From a virus: a DNA stretch of 64,000 nt. The DNA lies in the IMG/VR virus record IMGVR_UViG_3300042945_002791. One strand, given 5' to 3'. Both the position numbers and the translations under genes were made by a program. The notes below the pieces were generated by a model. That model did not search any database. It saw only the letters and a list, made by a program, of their open reading frames with translations, and was not told the origin of the DNA. Position 1 is the first letter of the stretch. Each line of letters opens with the position of its first letter. Below, piece by piece: positions 1-10,400 of the stretch.

Positions 1-41
1 ACCAGAGCGCAGGCTTTGTTGGCTTATTCATTTTTGCCATG

Positions 42-281
42 TTATAACTCTTTATCTTCTTTTTTTTGATTGTCTCGACCTGCTAGATAGCCGCCGATAA
101 TTCCTATGAGTCCCACTAATGCGTTTTGCACCAAAGCAATTGCTTCAGGATTTGTTGCTACTGCTTCACCAGTTGATGATTGTTGAAGTAGTAGTGAAGA
201 GTACTCACCCACAACAACAAGACCGATAAAAGCTAGTATTCCAAGAGTTATGTATATCATTAACTTATCTTTAATATTCAT
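42..281 (-). CDS. small membrane protein, possibly holin-like
   Basis: 79-aa ORF with a hydrophobic N-terminal segment and a second one (ALVGLIGIIGGYLAG). Confidence 0.45.
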   Translation of the reverse strand: MNIKDKLMIYITLGILAFIGLVVVGEYSSLLLQQSSTGEAVATNPEAIALVQNALVGLIGIIGGYLAGRDNQKKEDKEL

Positions 282-288
282 AATGTAT

Positions 289-504
289 CTACTTCTTTTT
301 TCTTTTAGCAGAAATCTTTCTAAGAGTCTTAGCTAGATTAGCCTGGCGAACAGTGGTAGCGCTATACTTGTCTGGATTTTTTGTTACAGCTGCAGCCATA
401 CCCGCAACTGATTTGCCAGCTTTCTTTGCTTTAGCAGTAAATGCACCGGGTCTTTTAATGGCACCTTGAATCCATTTTTTATCTGACTTTTTTTTAGCAG
501 GCAT
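289..504 (-). CDS. small basic protein
   Basis: 71-aa Lys/Ala-rich ORF. Confidence 0.5.
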   Translation of the reverse strand: MPAKKKSDKKWIQGAIKRPGAFTAKAKKAGKSVAGMAAAVTKNPDKYSATTVRQANLAKTLRKISAKRKKK

Positions 505-677
505 TACTTGCCTTTTTTCTTCATTATTGCTTTCTGAATAAAGGGAGGAAGCTTCTTTTGTGCTGCTGTCATTTTGGCTGCACCTTTTTTAGCCGCGCCC
601 TTTTTAGCCGCGCTCTTCTTCATTCCACCCATTTTTTTTGAGTCCATTCCTTTTTCTTTTTTCATTCCATAAGCCAT
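504..677 (-). CDS. small Lys/Ala-rich (histone-H1-like) protein, absent from the ORF track
   Basis: Minus-strand translation MAYGMKKEKGMDSKKMGGMKKSAAKKGAAKKGAAKMTAAQKKLPPFIQKAIMKKKGK, tightly packed between neighbours. Confidence 0.55.
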   Translation of the reverse strand: MAYGMKKEKGMDSKKMGGMKKSAAKKGAAKKGAAKMTAAQKKLPPFIQKAIMKKKGK

Positions 678-678
678 T

Positions 679-945
679 TTATGCTCCTTTGTTTTTGTTT
701 GTTTTTTCTTTTTCGATTTTCTTCATGTGCCAATCAATATGGCCATCTAATTTATCATCGACTTTATCTACTTGTTCATCAACGTGATCTATCTTGTGAT
801 GTAGATTAATTATATCATCTTTAACTGTTACCAGCATACTGGCAACAACGTTGTGATCAGCCTTATTCTCTGCTCTACCCTTTTGTATAAGGGCTGCTAT
901 AACGCCACCAACGGCAGCAATAATGGCAACGGTTATAGCTTCCAT
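679..945 (-). CDS. small membrane-anchored coiled-coil-like protein
   Basis: MEAITVAIIAAVGGVIAALIQ... is the likely real start inside the longer track ORF; the upstream part overlaps the gene at 947-1235. Confidence 0.5.
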   Translation of the reverse strand: MEAITVAIIAAVGGVIAALIQKGRAENKADHNVVASMLVTVKDDIINLHHKIDHVDEQVDKVDDKLDGHIDWHMKKIEKEKTNKNKGA

Positions 946-946
946 A

Positions 947-1235
947 TTACCACTTAACCCTGTCTGCCCAGTAGGCTGCCGACATTTTACCTTTAGAAAT
1001 ATTCTTAGCGTGACGGGCCTTAAAAGATTTTCTTCTAGCAGCATAGGACTTTGATTCGCCTTGCTTTTTAGGGGAGCCAGAAACACCCTGTTGTCCAAAC
1101 CTAATTGTTTTAACTTGATCGCCAGACTTGGCAACTACTATATGAGATTTTTTCGGATGACTTGGAGTTCTTTTCGGCTTATTGAAGCCAGATACTCCGA
1201 GCCCTTTTTAATCTAGGATCTCTTTTTGCTGCCAT
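947..1235 (-). CDS. conserved small phage protein, expressed only with +1 shift at CGGA (1196-1199)
   Basis: MAAKRDPRLKRA-[CGGA]-VSGFNKPKRTPSHPKKSHIVVAKSGDQVKTIRFGQQGVSGSPKKQGESKSYAARRKSFKARHAKNISKGKMSAAYWADRVKW*; span mod 3 = 1, matching one +1 shift; AAAAGGAAAAAA upstream of ATG; family resemblance recalled, not searched. Confidence 0.8.
1196..1199 (-). other. +1 shift site GCT-CGG-A
   Basis: joins the two halves of the 947-1235 gene. Confidence 0.8.
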
Positions 1236-1469
1236 TTTTTTTCCTTTTAGTTTTAGATTTTTTCTTATTTATATCGACCAAATCAATTCCGTACATTGAA
1301 TTGTTTGTACCCATTCTTGGTCCACTGATGTATATTTTAGACTTAAAACTCATAGTATTTTATTCCTTAGGAGATTCTGGATTGTCTTCGCCCTTTGGTT
1401 TTTTTGGAGGTTTATTTCCCTTATATACTTTTCTAAACTTTGCTAAAGACATATATAAAATAGTAAACA

Positions 1470-1508
1470 AAAAAACGGCTTTCCAAACAAGGAAGCCGTT
1501 TTTTCGTA
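1470..1508. terminator. bidirectional rho-independent terminator
   Basis: aaaaaacggcttcc-aaacaa-ggaagccgtttttt perfect inverted repeat with flanking A and T runs. Confidence 0.85.
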
Positions 1509-1519
1509 AATAATATTAA

Positions 1520-1825
1520 TTATTTTTTCTTTGGCGTTGCCTTTTTTGGTGTCGCCTTTTTGGTAACAGCTGGTTGTCCAGATGCAGTCTTCTTTGGTCT
1601 ACCAGGCTTCTTTGCCTGCTTAGCCTCTTTGACTACCTTTGCTACCTCTTGTTCTACTTTTTCTTTAATTTCTTCAGCTGACTTATCTGCTACTGCTGCC
1701 ACTGAATCAATATTTGAAGATACTTCATCAATAACTTCTGATAAAACTTTATTATCTTTTATAATGTCAGACTTCTTAAGTTTAGAAAGAAGTGATTTAA
1801 TTTTAGTAGCTAGTTTCTTGAACAT
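1520..1825 (-). CDS. Lys/Ala-rich basic protein (histone-like tail)
   Basis: C-terminus KKPGRPKKTASGQPAVTKKATPKKATPKKK, including an AT-hook-like GRP. Confidence 0.55.
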   Translation of the reverse strand: MFKKLATKIKSLLSKLKKSDIIKDNKVLSEVIDEVSSNIDSVAAVADKSAEEIKEKVEQEVAKVVKEAKQAKKPGRPKKTASGQPAVTKKATPKKATPKKK

Positions 1826-1904
1826 AATTTACCTCTTGATTTAATTAAATTAATTAATATTATTTATAATATATTAGTACCCATAAAGTAACAAAAGTCC
1901 CAGA

Positions 1905-2222
1905 TTATTTCTGTTGAGACTCTTTTATTATGGAATATCTGTCTCCAGTTTCCTTTGAAACTAAAGCAAAGCCGTAAGCTGCTGCTTCCTGTATAGCCTC
2001 TCTCAAGGATTCTTTATCAGAAAGATCTACATTTTCCATGGGTAAGGCTAATCCTGCATATACATCTATATTTTCAAAGTTTCCTATATTTATCTTTCTA
2101 TTAACACCACATATTAAAACTGGATTTGTAGTGATAGAAAGTGATCCGCCTATAGTGGAAACCATAGAATCCAATGGGGAATCTGATGATTGTTCTTGTG
2201 CTGTCTTATTTATCTTGGGCAT
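1905..2222 (-). CDS. hypothetical protein
   Basis: 105-aa ORF in the operon. Confidence 0.5.
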   Translation of the reverse strand: MPKINKTAQEQSSDSPLDSMVSTIGGSLSITTNPVLICGVNRKINIGNFENIDVYAGLALPMENVDLSDKESLREAIQEAAAYGFALVSKETGDRYSIIKESQQK

Positions 2223-2979
2223 TTTCCTGGACTCCTATTGATTTAATTGTTTCTTGGACTTGATCTTCTACTGACATATTATCTGTATTAATAATAATAC
2301 TAGATAAATCTTTAACGTCTATTAATGACTGTTCAGAAGAATGAGAGCTTTGTTTATCGTTCATTAATTGACCATCTCTCTTTAGTAGTCTATCACTAAG
2401 AGTATCGTCTGATGCGTCAAAATATATAACTTTTCCATTTACAGTATAGATAATTGAATTAGCTTCATTTGGATATCTTACATCAGAAATGATAACATAA
2501 AATGGTTTTTCTTCCTCGTCTTCTTCTAAGGAAGAAAGATACTGAGAATGAATTAGATGAGATTTTCTTATCGCCCATCTAGCAAAACAGTCTGGGTATC
2601 CCTCTCTGCATATGTCTCCAGCTTTTTGAAGAAAGCTTCTTGGCTTAGATTCAGAACTATCTATTTTAAGATTATAGATTTCGTTAACCTTAGCCACTAA
2701 ATCATCGTAGTCTGGAATTATACCAATTGGAGACTTTCCATATAAGTCAAACAAAGTTTCATGAATTGCGTACTTAATTCTTGATTCTTTATTGTGTCCT
2801 TCGATATTCTTTTTTGCCGAAAACATTTCATACAGCGGCAGAGCAAAGAATATGTGATCCCACTTTGCCCCGTATTTAATTGAGTCAAAAGAACCTTTTG
2901 GAACTATAGCCTCTGCAACGGATGTCTTTCCGCTACCAGCTCTTCCAGCAAGCCCTATTATGTGCAAATTTTTACTCAT
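2206..2979 (-). CDS. deoxynucleoside monophosphate kinase-like P-loop protein
   Basis: GLAGRAGSGKTSVAE P-loop; ISDVRYPNEA motif typical of phage dNMP kinases. Confidence 0.8.
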   Translation of the reverse strand: MSKNLHIIGLAGRAGSGKTSVAEAIVPKGSFDSIKYGAKWDHIFFALPLYEMFSAKKNIEGHNKESRIKYAIHETLFDLYGKSPIGIIPDYDDLVAKVNEIYNLKIDSSESKPRSFLQKAGDICREGYPDCFARWAIRKSHLIHSQYLSSLEEDEEEKPFYVIISDVRYPNEANSIIYTVNGKVIYFDASDDTLSDRLLKRDGQLMNDKQSSHSSEQSLIDVKDLSSIIINTDNMSVEDQVQETIKSIGVQENAQDK

Positions 2980-2991
2980 AGACGAATTATA

Positions 2992-3426
2992 TCACTTTTT
3001 TTCTTCTTGTTCTTTTCTTTTTTCTAGCTGATCTAGAAATTGTTTACATAAGAAATCTGGCTCCCATACAAAATTTCTTGGAACTTGTAATACTCTAAAA
3101 TTAAACTCAGATCTTATATCTTCTATTGTCATTAAAAGAGGTATTAAAGATTTGTTCTTGCATTTCCATTTTCCATTAATATGATTTGCTACCACAGCAG
3201 AATCAGTATAAATAATTGGATCAATAAAATCAGACATACTACATATCAATAATGCAGATATAACAGCTTCATACTCGGCTTCGTTATTTGTTCTTGGGCC
3301 TAGACCTCTAGCAAACTGAGCAACTTTTTTTCTATTCTTATAAACTACCGCAGCACATGCTGCTTCACCAACCTTTTTTTGACCCTGCCCCCTAGATGCC
3401 CCATCGCAAAAAACTTCTATATGCAT
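2992..3426 (-). CDS. ribonuclease HI-like
   Basis: EVFCDGASRG...NNEAEYEAVISAL...YTDSAVVANHINGKWKCKN. Confidence 0.85.
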   Translation of the reverse strand: MHIEVFCDGASRGQGQKKVGEAACAAVVYKNRKKVAQFARGLGPRTNNEAEYEAVISALLICSMSDFIDPIIYTDSAVVANHINGKWKCKNKSLIPLLMTIEDIRSEFNFRVLQVPRNFVWEPDFLCKQFLDQLEKRKEQEEKK

Positions 3427-3427
3427 A

Positions 3428-3697
3428 CTAGTCTACTTTTACTCCGCATTCAATTCCTCTTTCTTTTGCGGTCTTCGTTAAATTCTCTTCTTGTTTGGAA
3501 GAAGAGATTAATAGTGTTGTATTTAAAAGGAATCTTTTTTTCTTATAAGATATTTGAGTTGGAAAATTTATACTATCACGAACCTCTGTGTACAACTCTT
3601 CTGGAGACTCAACTGACTTATAGTGCCCTATATATTTTAACTTCATATTAAAATTCAAAATCTTTCTCTGTATAAAATCCTTTTTCTTCTCTGGCAT
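3428..3697 (-). CDS. hypothetical protein
   Basis: 89-aa ORF, operonic spacing. Confidence 0.4.
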   Translation of the reverse strand: MPEKKKDFIQRKILNFNMKLKYIGHYKSVESPEELYTEVRDSINFPTQISYKKKRFLLNTTLLISSSKQEENLTKTAKERGIECGVKVD

Positions 3698-4163
3698 TAG
3701 CTATCTGCATTGACTGCATTTTGTCCATAAGTTTTCTTGCAGACTCAGAAGCTATTCTAGAAGATGTTTCCATTGATTCGGCTAAGTGAACAAGAGATTC
3801 GGCTACCACTAAAGCTTGATACTCTTCTTCTGCAGCTGACATTGCTGCAGCTTCTCTCTCTGCCTCATTCTTGCCTATTCTATTCTTTTTATATATTGAC
3901 TTGTATCTACCTTCTGTGAGTTTGTAATGAGCTCTAGCCATGCCGGCAAATCTTGCCCCTCTACCATAAGCGTTTGAAGTCTTTGCTACCAAGCTTGCAA
4001 TGTCGTGTATACCGAGATCAACATGATCCATATCTGGTATCTCTACAAAATAGTTTTTGTAATTTCCTACGCTAGCGTAGGCATCTATGACTTCTTTAAT
4101 TTGTGGACCAAGAAACTCTGCTAACAAAGTATTTAAAGCTTGGTAATTATTCTGCTCAATCAT
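3648..4163 (-). CDS. hypothetical protein
   Basis: 171-aa ORF. Confidence 0.55.
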   Translation of the reverse strand: MIEQNNYQALNTLLAEFLGPQIKEVIDAYASVGNYKNYFVEIPDMDHVDLGIHDIASLVAKTSNAYGRGARFAGMARAHYKLTEGRYKSIYKKNRIGKNEAEREAAAMSAAEEEYQALVVAESLVHLAESMETSSRIASESARKLMDKMQSMQIANAREEKGFYTEKDFEF

Positions 4164-4164
4164 T

Positions 4165-5006
4165 TTAATGCCTTAGTAAATCCTCTAGGTTTGAAGTTTT
4201 TATAATATTAGAAATTTTTGTTCGTATCCTAGAGAGGTGCTCTCTCACTGTATTTGGATGTTCTGTTATTATATCAGCTATTTCTGATGATCTTTTGCCG
4301 ATCGACGTATCTCCATTTAAGAAGCTGCCTTTCTTGTATTGAAAGCTCATTAAAAGGTTGAGCAGCTGTATCGCCCATAACCCATATCTCATCGATCTGC
4401 TCTACGGCCAGCATATTATCGAAATCAACATCTAAAGCTGGCGCTTTAAATCCCACCTGAGTTTCACCTTCTTCTGGCTCATAGTCGTCATCAGTTATTA
4501 AGGGAAAAGATTTTCTTCCTAACTGATCTATCAAAAATGTATCTACATTTTTTTTAAGAAGATAAAAAAAGTAACTATACAAGAATGCGCTAAATGGTAT
4601 TGGTCCTTTTTCTGAATCTTTCCTTTGATACCTAGCAATGCATTGAAAGAATGTCATGTCAACTGTCTGTCTAATATCTTCTTCATCGCCATACCTTTTT
4701 GCCATGTAAGTTATGCCGTTGCATTGCTTCTTGAACTACTTTTGATGTTTGTGAATTTACCTTGTTTCTTATGAGATTTCCTCTTGCATAGTTATCTTTA
4801 ATAAATAGAGCTATAAATCTTCTTATATCATAATCATTTAAGTTATATTTTCCGTGATATAACATTGTTGTATACTTCATAAGAAAATTGTTAAAAACTT
4901 TTATAAGTTCTACCTGAGCTTTTGAGTTGCCCTTCTTTGCTTTATCTATTAGATCCTGCATCTCGTTTTCTTCGAGCGTATAATACTGCTCTTTGTATGC
5001 TGCCAT
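4165..5006 (-). CDS. sigma-70-family-like factor, reconstructed with two +1 shifts at CGGC (4715-4718 and 4297-4300)
   Basis: Three ORFs join: ...VVQEAMQ-[CGGC]-ITYMAKRYGDEEDIRQTVDMTFFQCIARYQ...FNELSIQERQLLKWRYVD-[CGGC]-KRSSEIADIITEHPNTVREHLSRIRTKI; region-4 HTH pattern; span 842 nt mod 3 = 2 = two shifts. Confidence 0.78.
4297..4300 (-). other. +1 shift site GAT-CGG-C
   Basis: sigma-like factor, region 4. Confidence 0.78.
4715..4718 (-). other. +1 shift site CAA-CGG-C
   Basis: sigma-like factor, N-terminal join. Confidence 0.78.
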
Positions 5007-5007
5007 A

Positions 5008-5575
5008 TTACTTTCCTTCCCAGTTATATATTTTGTCAGCGTAGAAGTCCCTAATGTCTTCATAATAAATTATTTGTGGGACTTCTATTTCTTCAACAAA
5101 AGATTTAGCAGCAGTAGAATATTTGCTAATAACCATTGTCAGCTTTGCAAATTCTTCTGGGTAGTACCTCTTAAATCTTTTAAGTTTTATTTTACTTTTG
5201 TCATCTAAGAAACCTTTTATTTCAATCCACTCTTCGGTTTTTGTTAAATAAAAATCTGGAGTATATCCTTTTGTTCCTCTTTTAACCGGAAAGGTAAACA
5301 CTCTAGGTTCAAACTCTATTTCTATTTTATAGAGCTGAGATACCCTAGCAAAGTTTGCTTCCCAACTTGATCTAACATTCATTCCGGATATCTTCTCTGT
5401 AACCAGATTTTGTATGCCTGTACGCGTTGCCTTTTCCACCTTTTGGTGCTACCATGTCATTCTCAATGATGACCTTATCAACACGACTGGAAAGTATCTT
5501 TTTAAAATCTGGGTGTTTAGCTCGCAAAGATTTTTCGAGAAAAAACTCATTTGGCTTGACATGGTATATACTCAT
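5008..5575 (-). CDS. MutH/VSR/PD-(D/E)XK-like endonuclease with +1 shift at CGGA (5383-5386)
   Basis: ...GNAYRHTKSGYREDI-[CGGA]-MNVRSSWEANFARVSQLY...FTFPVKRGTKGYTPDFYLTKTEEWIEIKGF; span 568 mod 3 = 1. Confidence 0.8.
5383..5386 (-). other. +1 shift site ATC-CGG-A
   Basis: endonuclease join. Confidence 0.82.
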
Positions 5576-5661
5576 AGTGATATCCTTATAAACGTCTAAT
5601 CGTAGTATACATTATACATTAACTTTTATAACAATACAAACCACAACAAAAAGGAAACAAA

Positions 5662-5847
5662 ATGGACACATTAAACATGATTATCAATAGCTTCGTAGTA
5701 GATGTACAGTCTTCTGCTGTAAAAGCACTTGAGGAGATTGGCATTCCTACAGATGAAGCCATCAAGACAGTAGTTGATTCTGACTACTCTTTTGACCTTG
5801 TCCAGGATTCAATCAACAATCCATTTGAGCCATCAGAGCTCGTCTGA
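5662..5847 (+). CDS. small acidic protein, the only convincing plus-strand gene
   Basis: AAAAAGGAAACAAAATG RBS and start, 61 aa, divergent from the minus-strand operon, followed by a terminator. Confidence 0.7.
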   Translation: MDTLNMIINSFVVDVQSSAVKALEEIGIPTDEAIKTVVDSDYSFDLVQDSINNPFEPSELV

Positions 5848-5867
5848 TTATATTAAATTAATTTTTT

Positions 5868-5916
5868 AACAGAAAGACCAGGGGCTTAACGGCTCCTGGT
5901 CTTTCTGTTTCTTGCT
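5868..5916. terminator. rho-independent-like hairpin
   Basis: aacagaaagaccagg-ggcttaacggct-cctggtctttctgtttctt. Confidence 0.75.
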
Positions 5917-6685
5917 ACACCAGTAGCACAGGCTCCAGACTTAGCGTGATCACAGAATCCACACACTCTTTCATTGGAAGTTGGCAAAAAGTTATAGTCG
6001 TTTAGTATCTTATTTCCGCTTTGGACTATCTTTGCTTTTACTTCTTCTAGCTCTTCAGCGGTGTACGTATGACCTTTTCTTTTGCCAGATCTTAAATAGT
6101 AAAGCTCTGCATAAATTTCTTTTCCGAGGAAAAGCCAAAGAAGCTGCTACAGCATATATTCCGTAGCTGTAAATTATCTTTAATATTTTTTGCAGCTACT
6201 TCCCACTTGCCAGTCTTGTAGTCTATGATTTCAACTCTTGAATCAAACTCATCAATTCTGTCTATATATCCATTTACATAGAATGACCCTAGGACATACG
6301 AAAAAGACATTTCTTTTGAAACAACATTAAAATCTTCATCAGAATGCCTATCGTAAAACTCTTCTAAGATTACTTTGCCTACGTCAATTAGTTCAGGATT
6401 AATAATAGATTCTGGATCATAGTGGGACTTCTTTTCTTGATACGAATACAACAGCTTTTCATAATCTACGTGCTCAGTAGATTGAATGTTATCCTCGAGC
6501 ACTGCGTGCACGATGTTGCCCAAAGTTGCTGCTTCATTAAAAAACCTTGGTTCTTTTGTTATATAGCTATAGAAGTACTTTGCGGGACACATGGTGTATG
6601 TATCTATCCTGGAATAAGATAGATCCATAAGAGAAAGCTTTGTTAGTGAATCTATCTTATCAACAGACGTAATATTAATTGCCAT
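5886..6685 (-). CDS. RecB/Cas4-like PD-(D/E)XK nuclease with C-terminal Cys cluster; two +1 shifts at CGGA (6160-6163, 6123-6126)
   Basis: ...VEIIDYKTGKWEVAAKNIKDNLQL-[CGGA]-IYAVAASLAFP-[CGGA]-KEIYAELYYLRSGKRKGHTYTAEELEEVKAKI...CGFCDHAKSGACATGVARNRK; span 800 mod 3 = 2. Confidence 0.85.
6123..6126 (-). other. +1 shift site CCT-CGG-A
   Basis: second site in the RecB/Cas4-like nuclease. Confidence 0.82.
6160..6163 (-). other. +1 shift site CTA-CGG-A
   Basis: first site in the RecB/Cas4-like nuclease. Confidence 0.82.
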
Positions 6686-6840
6686 TTATATCTCTACCTG
6701 TAGGGTCATAAACAATATTTCCAGATTCATCGAACTCTCTGCCGTCAGCATCTAGAATGTGATTGTTATATATGTTTCTATAAGATCCATTTCCAATGGA
6801 AACCCATCCTGTGGAACCTATCTCCATTTCTTCATCAAAT

Positions 6841-7104
6841 CTATTCATTATTAGAGTCTCCTTCTGGATCTAATGGCAGGGCTGAAACTACTTCTTTCCC
6901 TATTGTTATGTAGCAGTCTTTAAAGTTTTCTATGTTTAGATAGTAGTTAAGAACATCAAAAAGATCCTTAACCTCTGATCTATTAACGAAAAATCCAACG
7001 ACGCCACACTGTATAAACATTCTGTCGTCGTAGCCATGGGTTGCTTCAGAATATTCCACTAAAGAAATATTATTTTTTGAAAGCTTTGCTAGTTCTTGTT
7101 TCAT
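6841..7104 (-). CDS. hypothetical protein
   Basis: 87-aa ORF. Confidence 0.45.
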   Translation of the reverse strand: MKQELAKLSKNNISLVEYSEATHGYDDRMFIQCGVVGFFVNRSEVKDLFDVLNYYLNIENFKDCYITIGKEVVSALPLDPEGDSNNE

Positions 7105-7127
7105 TATCTTTTCATTTCCTAAATAAG

Positions 7128-7496
7128 TTAATCATTTCCGTAGATTGTTATTGGGTTCCAATCTGGGTCGTTCATTTTCTCTCTCATATCCTTAAGGTAT
7201 GATTCCCAATCTCTTTCATCTTCAGACATCTTTTCGTATGTAACAGATCCAGCGTATGGATTTGAATTAAATCTAGTCATTAATATTCGACCTTCTTTTG
7301 TTCTCCATCTTAAAACCCCATTTCTACAATCACAGAAGTCTTCACTATGAGGCTCTATAACTCCAGATGGGTCGTATCGCCCACTGCATCCGTTGCACTT
7401 TGTGTATCTGCCCTTGTCTTGGCATCTACCGCATGAAAAACAATATGACCAGCAGTCTCTCTCTGATGGATTTTTAAAGCTGCCATTAGCTGCCAT
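7128..7496 (-). CDS. Cys-rich zinc-ribbon-like protein
   Basis: CFSCGRCQDK...CNGCSGRYD...CDCRNG. Confidence 0.55.
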   Translation of the reverse strand: MAANGSFKNPSERDCWSYCFSCGRCQDKGRYTKCNGCSGRYDPSGVIEPHSEDFCDCRNGVLRWRTKEGRILMTRFNSNPYAGSVTYEKMSEDERDWESYLKDMREKMNDPDWNPITIYGND

Positions 7497-10400
7497 GGCT
7501 CTCCTTTTGTAGTATTTGAAGTATTAATCGTTCTGCTTTTTTATTTGTTGTTTTATTAAACTTATAATAAAATTTTCTATCGTTGTTCTTTTGCACTAGA
7601 TATACTTGTTTATTTCCATTATTATTCTTTATTATATCATAAATACAATCTAACTCTTCTTTTGTTATACAGTCTGTATCTACATATACGGATTGACCGC
7701 TATATATAGTTGAAGTGTCTACTTTTTCAACTGATGTTAAAAATATTTTATATGTGGAATTTTCGTCATCCGTCTCTTTATTGACTGTGCCAGTAATATA
7801 GGCTATTTCGCCCTCTTTAAAAAATTCATCTGAATAGTTTTTAGCTTCTCTAGGAAACACTACTACTTCTAATTCTCCAGTAGGGTCTTCTAGGTTAAAC
7901 TTATACATCTTCATTCCTTTTTTGGTGATAATTTTTTTGGAAGATGTAATAATTCCACCCATTTTAATATATGCTCCCGCATTACATTCTTGAACTTGAA
8001 TAATTTCAAGATCAATATTTTTTTGCACGATGTCCCAGATGCCTTCAAGCGGATGTTTTGAAACGTATATTCCAAGTTCTTCTTTCTCTTTCTCAAGAAT
8101 AGAAAGCTCAATAGATCTACTAATATCTTCATCGTCTTCATTAGTCTTGTCAACAAGATCATCCATAGCACCAGAGTAGAACAAGTGTTCTAGTGTTGAC
8201 TTTTTTAATATTATTGGATTACATCTTTTATAAAAATCATATAAATTTTTATAAGGGTTGTTAACATCTCTTGATTCAATAATGGCTTCTGCTATAGAGG
8301 CTCCTATTCCATTGATGGAACCAAGTCCAAATAATATTCTATTTCCATCAAATACTTCAAATTCAATTCCAGAAGAATTAATAGATGGAGGAGAAACTTT
8401 AAGGCCTAATTTTTTACAGTCATTTAAATATAAAAATAGTTTGTCCTTGTTTCCAGCAACTGATGTCAAAAGAGCTGCCATATATTCAGCTGGATAGTTT
8501 GACTTAAGATACGCTGTTATATAAGAAATCATAGCGTAGCTTGCAGCATGTGCTCTGTTAAAACCATATCCGCCAAAGTACTCAATATCTGAATATATTT
8601 TATTAGCTGAAGACTCAGATATTCCAGAGTGTTCCACGCAACCATCAACAAACTTTTTTCTAAACAAAGCTATTTTGTCCATAAGCTTTTTGCCAATAAC
8701 TTTTCTTAGATCATCAGCTTCAGCAGAACTAAAGCCAGCCAATTCTCTAGCAACACCAAGAACGTCCTCTTGATACAGCATGATTCCAAGAGAAGGGGCA
8801 AGAACTTTTTCTAATTTTTGGTGATCATAAGATACCTTTGCACGCCCGTGCTTTCTGTCAATGTACAGTTTGTCCATGCCAGAACCCATTGGACCAGGCC
8901 TATAAAGAGAGATTAATGCCATAATGTCTTCTATATTTTGAGGCTGAAGTTGAACCATTAGTTGACGCATACCAGATGACTCAAGCTGGAAAACCCCTAC
9001 AGCATTCCCTCTACATAGTTCTTCGTAAGTTCTCTTATCGTCAAGAGGAATAGAATCTAAATCTATTTCTATGTTTTGTTTTTTCTTGATTAGCTTTAAA
9101 CATGAATCAATTACACCCAGGTTTCTTAGTCCTAAAAAATCTATCTTTAAAAGTCCACACTGCTCGACTCTTCCCATATCCCATTGAGTCACAACTGGAT
9201 TGTCTACTCCTTTTTGCATAATAGGAAGGTAGTCTGTCAATTTATTTTTTGATATAACAACTCCAGCAGCGTGAATGCCTGTTTGTCTTACAAGACCTTC
9301 TAGACCTAAAGCTGTGTCGACTATTTTTTTTGAGTCTTTGTTTGATTCATATTCAGATTTAAACTCTTCAACTTCCATGCACTCAGACAAGCTTTTGGAC
9401 ACGCCCAAAACAGGAGGTGGAACAAGTTTTGCTATCTTATCTCCACCAGAAAAATCATAACCTAAAGCTCTTGCAGCATCTCTTAGAGATTGTCTTGCTC
9501 CAGTTCGGTTAAATGTACAAATATGAGCTACTTTATCTTCTCCATATTTGTTTTTTGCATATTCTATTACCTTATCTCTATGTCTATCGTCAAAGTCTAG
9601 ATCGATATCCGGCATTGATTTTCTTCCTTCAACCAAGAATCTTTCAAAGAGAAGACCAAATCTAATAGGGTCTAGATTTGTAATGTCAAAAGCGTACGAT
9701 AAAACACTTCCAGCAGCAGAGCCTCTACCCCAACCAACTCTTATGTCATTTGTTTTTGCCCACCTAACAAGGTCAGAAACAACCAAGAAGTACTCTGGAA
9801 AACCCATGTCTTTTACGACTCTAATTTCATGAAGAGCCCTATCTAATATCTCTTGTGGAAGAGGGTCTCCATATTTTCTCTTCAAGCCCTCCCACGCTAA
9901 TCTCTCAAAGTATTCTATTGAGCCTTCTTTTGTTGGTATTGGAAAATTAGGAAAGTGTATTTCTCCAAAAGAAAGATCTACATCTACCATGTCATTAACT
10001 AACATTGTATTATCTAACCAATCTTTTGGAAATCTAGATGCCATCTCATCATAAGATTGAAGATAAAACTCTTCTCCAGAAAAAGAAAATCTATCTGGAG
10101 TATTCACATTTGAGTTAGTTGCAACGCATAACATAATGTCATGGGCTTGTGCATCTTTTTTGTGCACATAGTGACAGTCTCCAGTTGGAACTATCTTTGC
10201 TCCTATTTCTTGAGCTATTTCAATAAGTAAATTAGATATCTTTCTTTGCTCAGAAAGACCATGATCTTGTATCTCTATAAAATAATTCTCTTTGCCAACG
10301 ATATCCTGCATTTTTTTAGCAGCTGAAAGAGCAAACTGGTAATCGTTTCTCAAAAGAGCTTGAGCGACTTCTCCGTTTAGACAGCCAGAAAGGACTATAA

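Noticed and set aside
679-1134. Full-length 151-aa track ORF
   Set aside because: Its N-terminal half overlaps the well-supported 947-1235 gene in another frame and contains an in-frame CGG there; the real gene likely starts at 945.
1130-1160. Apparent second frame break near the poly-A in the 947-1235 gene
   Set aside because: Re-reading the sequence (CCGAAAAAATCTCATATAGTAGTT) shows a continuous frame; the break was a transcription slip on my part.
7911-8171. Minus-strand 86-aa ORF inside dnaE
   Set aside because: Out-of-frame reading within the conserved Pol III alpha gene.
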